A stretch of DNA of 64,000 nucleotides from Octopus sinensis (lineage: Eukaryota): contig NC_043004.1 in assembly GCF_006345805.1 (NCBI RefSeq), forward strand, positions 4,712,001 through 4,776,000. The letters are read 5' to 3'. The position numbers and the translations under genes were made by a program. The notes beneath the pieces are model-generated. The model was given only the letters and a program-made list of their open reading frames with translations, was not told the DNA's origin and made no database searches. This document shows, in pieces, positions 63,584-64,000 of the stretch (its first letter is position 1; every line of letters begins with the position of its first letter).

Positions 63584-63844
63584 AAATAAAATAAATACGC
63601 CCTTTTTAAAGCCTAGCCAGGCTCATGGGCCCAGTTTCCCGGTTTCTATGGTGTATTTGTTCCCCAGGTGGATGGGATGCCAGTCCATCGCAGCGTTACT
63701 CATTTTTGCCAGCTGAGTGGACTGGAGCAATGTGAAATGAAGTGTTTTGCTCAAGAACACAACGCGTCACCCGGTCCAGGAATCGAAACCACAATCTTAC
63801 GATCATGATGCTGATACCCTAACCACTAAGCTACATGCCTCCAC
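63584..63844 (-). mobile_element. Young tRNA-derived SINE (V-like central block) with a 13-bp TSD, inserted into a family G copy
   Basis: Minus-strand A box TAGCTTAGTGG, B box GGTTTCGATTCC, GATGGACTGGCATCCCATCC block; TSD TCTAGAAATAATA at 63571-63583 and 63845-63857. Confidence 0.85.
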
Positions 63845-64000
63845 TCTAGAAATAATAGCCAAGTCTTTTCTCAAATAATATCTTCTATTTCAAGAAAATG
63901 AAAAGCACATCAGATAAAGTAGTTGTACATATTTCTGAAAAATAGAGCCTGGATGGTTTATGAGTAGAACTTATTTTGATTTTTATAGATCTGTTCAATC

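Noticed and set aside
63775-63844. tRNA-like sequences at SINE heads
   Set aside because: A and B boxes are present, but there is no complete cloverleaf and each continues into a SINE body.

Overview
AT-rich, repeat-dense eukaryotic DNA with no complete gene, rRNA, true tRNA or CRISPR array. The SINE, MITE and microsatellite content looks like a coleoid cephalopod (octopus) genome; this is inferred from remembered repeat families, not from a search. Most ORF-track entries are artefacts of microsatellites and SINEs. Supported content: (i) several tRNA-headed SINE families (my labels A-D, G and a V-like family), often nested or in tandem; (ii) decayed LINE fragments (two R4/Dong-type, one RTE, a duplicated Tx1/L1-like 3' end); (iii) hAT-, Tc1/mariner-, piggyBac- and Helentron-type non-autonomous DNA elements; (iv) a few well-formed + strand splice signals, including an AG|GTAAGT recursive-splice-like site and short candidate exons, suggesting the window lies inside long introns of a + strand gene I cannot identify. 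The most interesting signal is a set of at least four unrelated short elements carrying minimal type I hammerhead-ribozyme motifs with palindromic helix III (the Penelope-like retroelement form). Four of them are fold-back inverted repeats with the hammerhead at the apex or the inner ends of the arms. Coordinates were counted by hand, and SINE boundaries are approximate.
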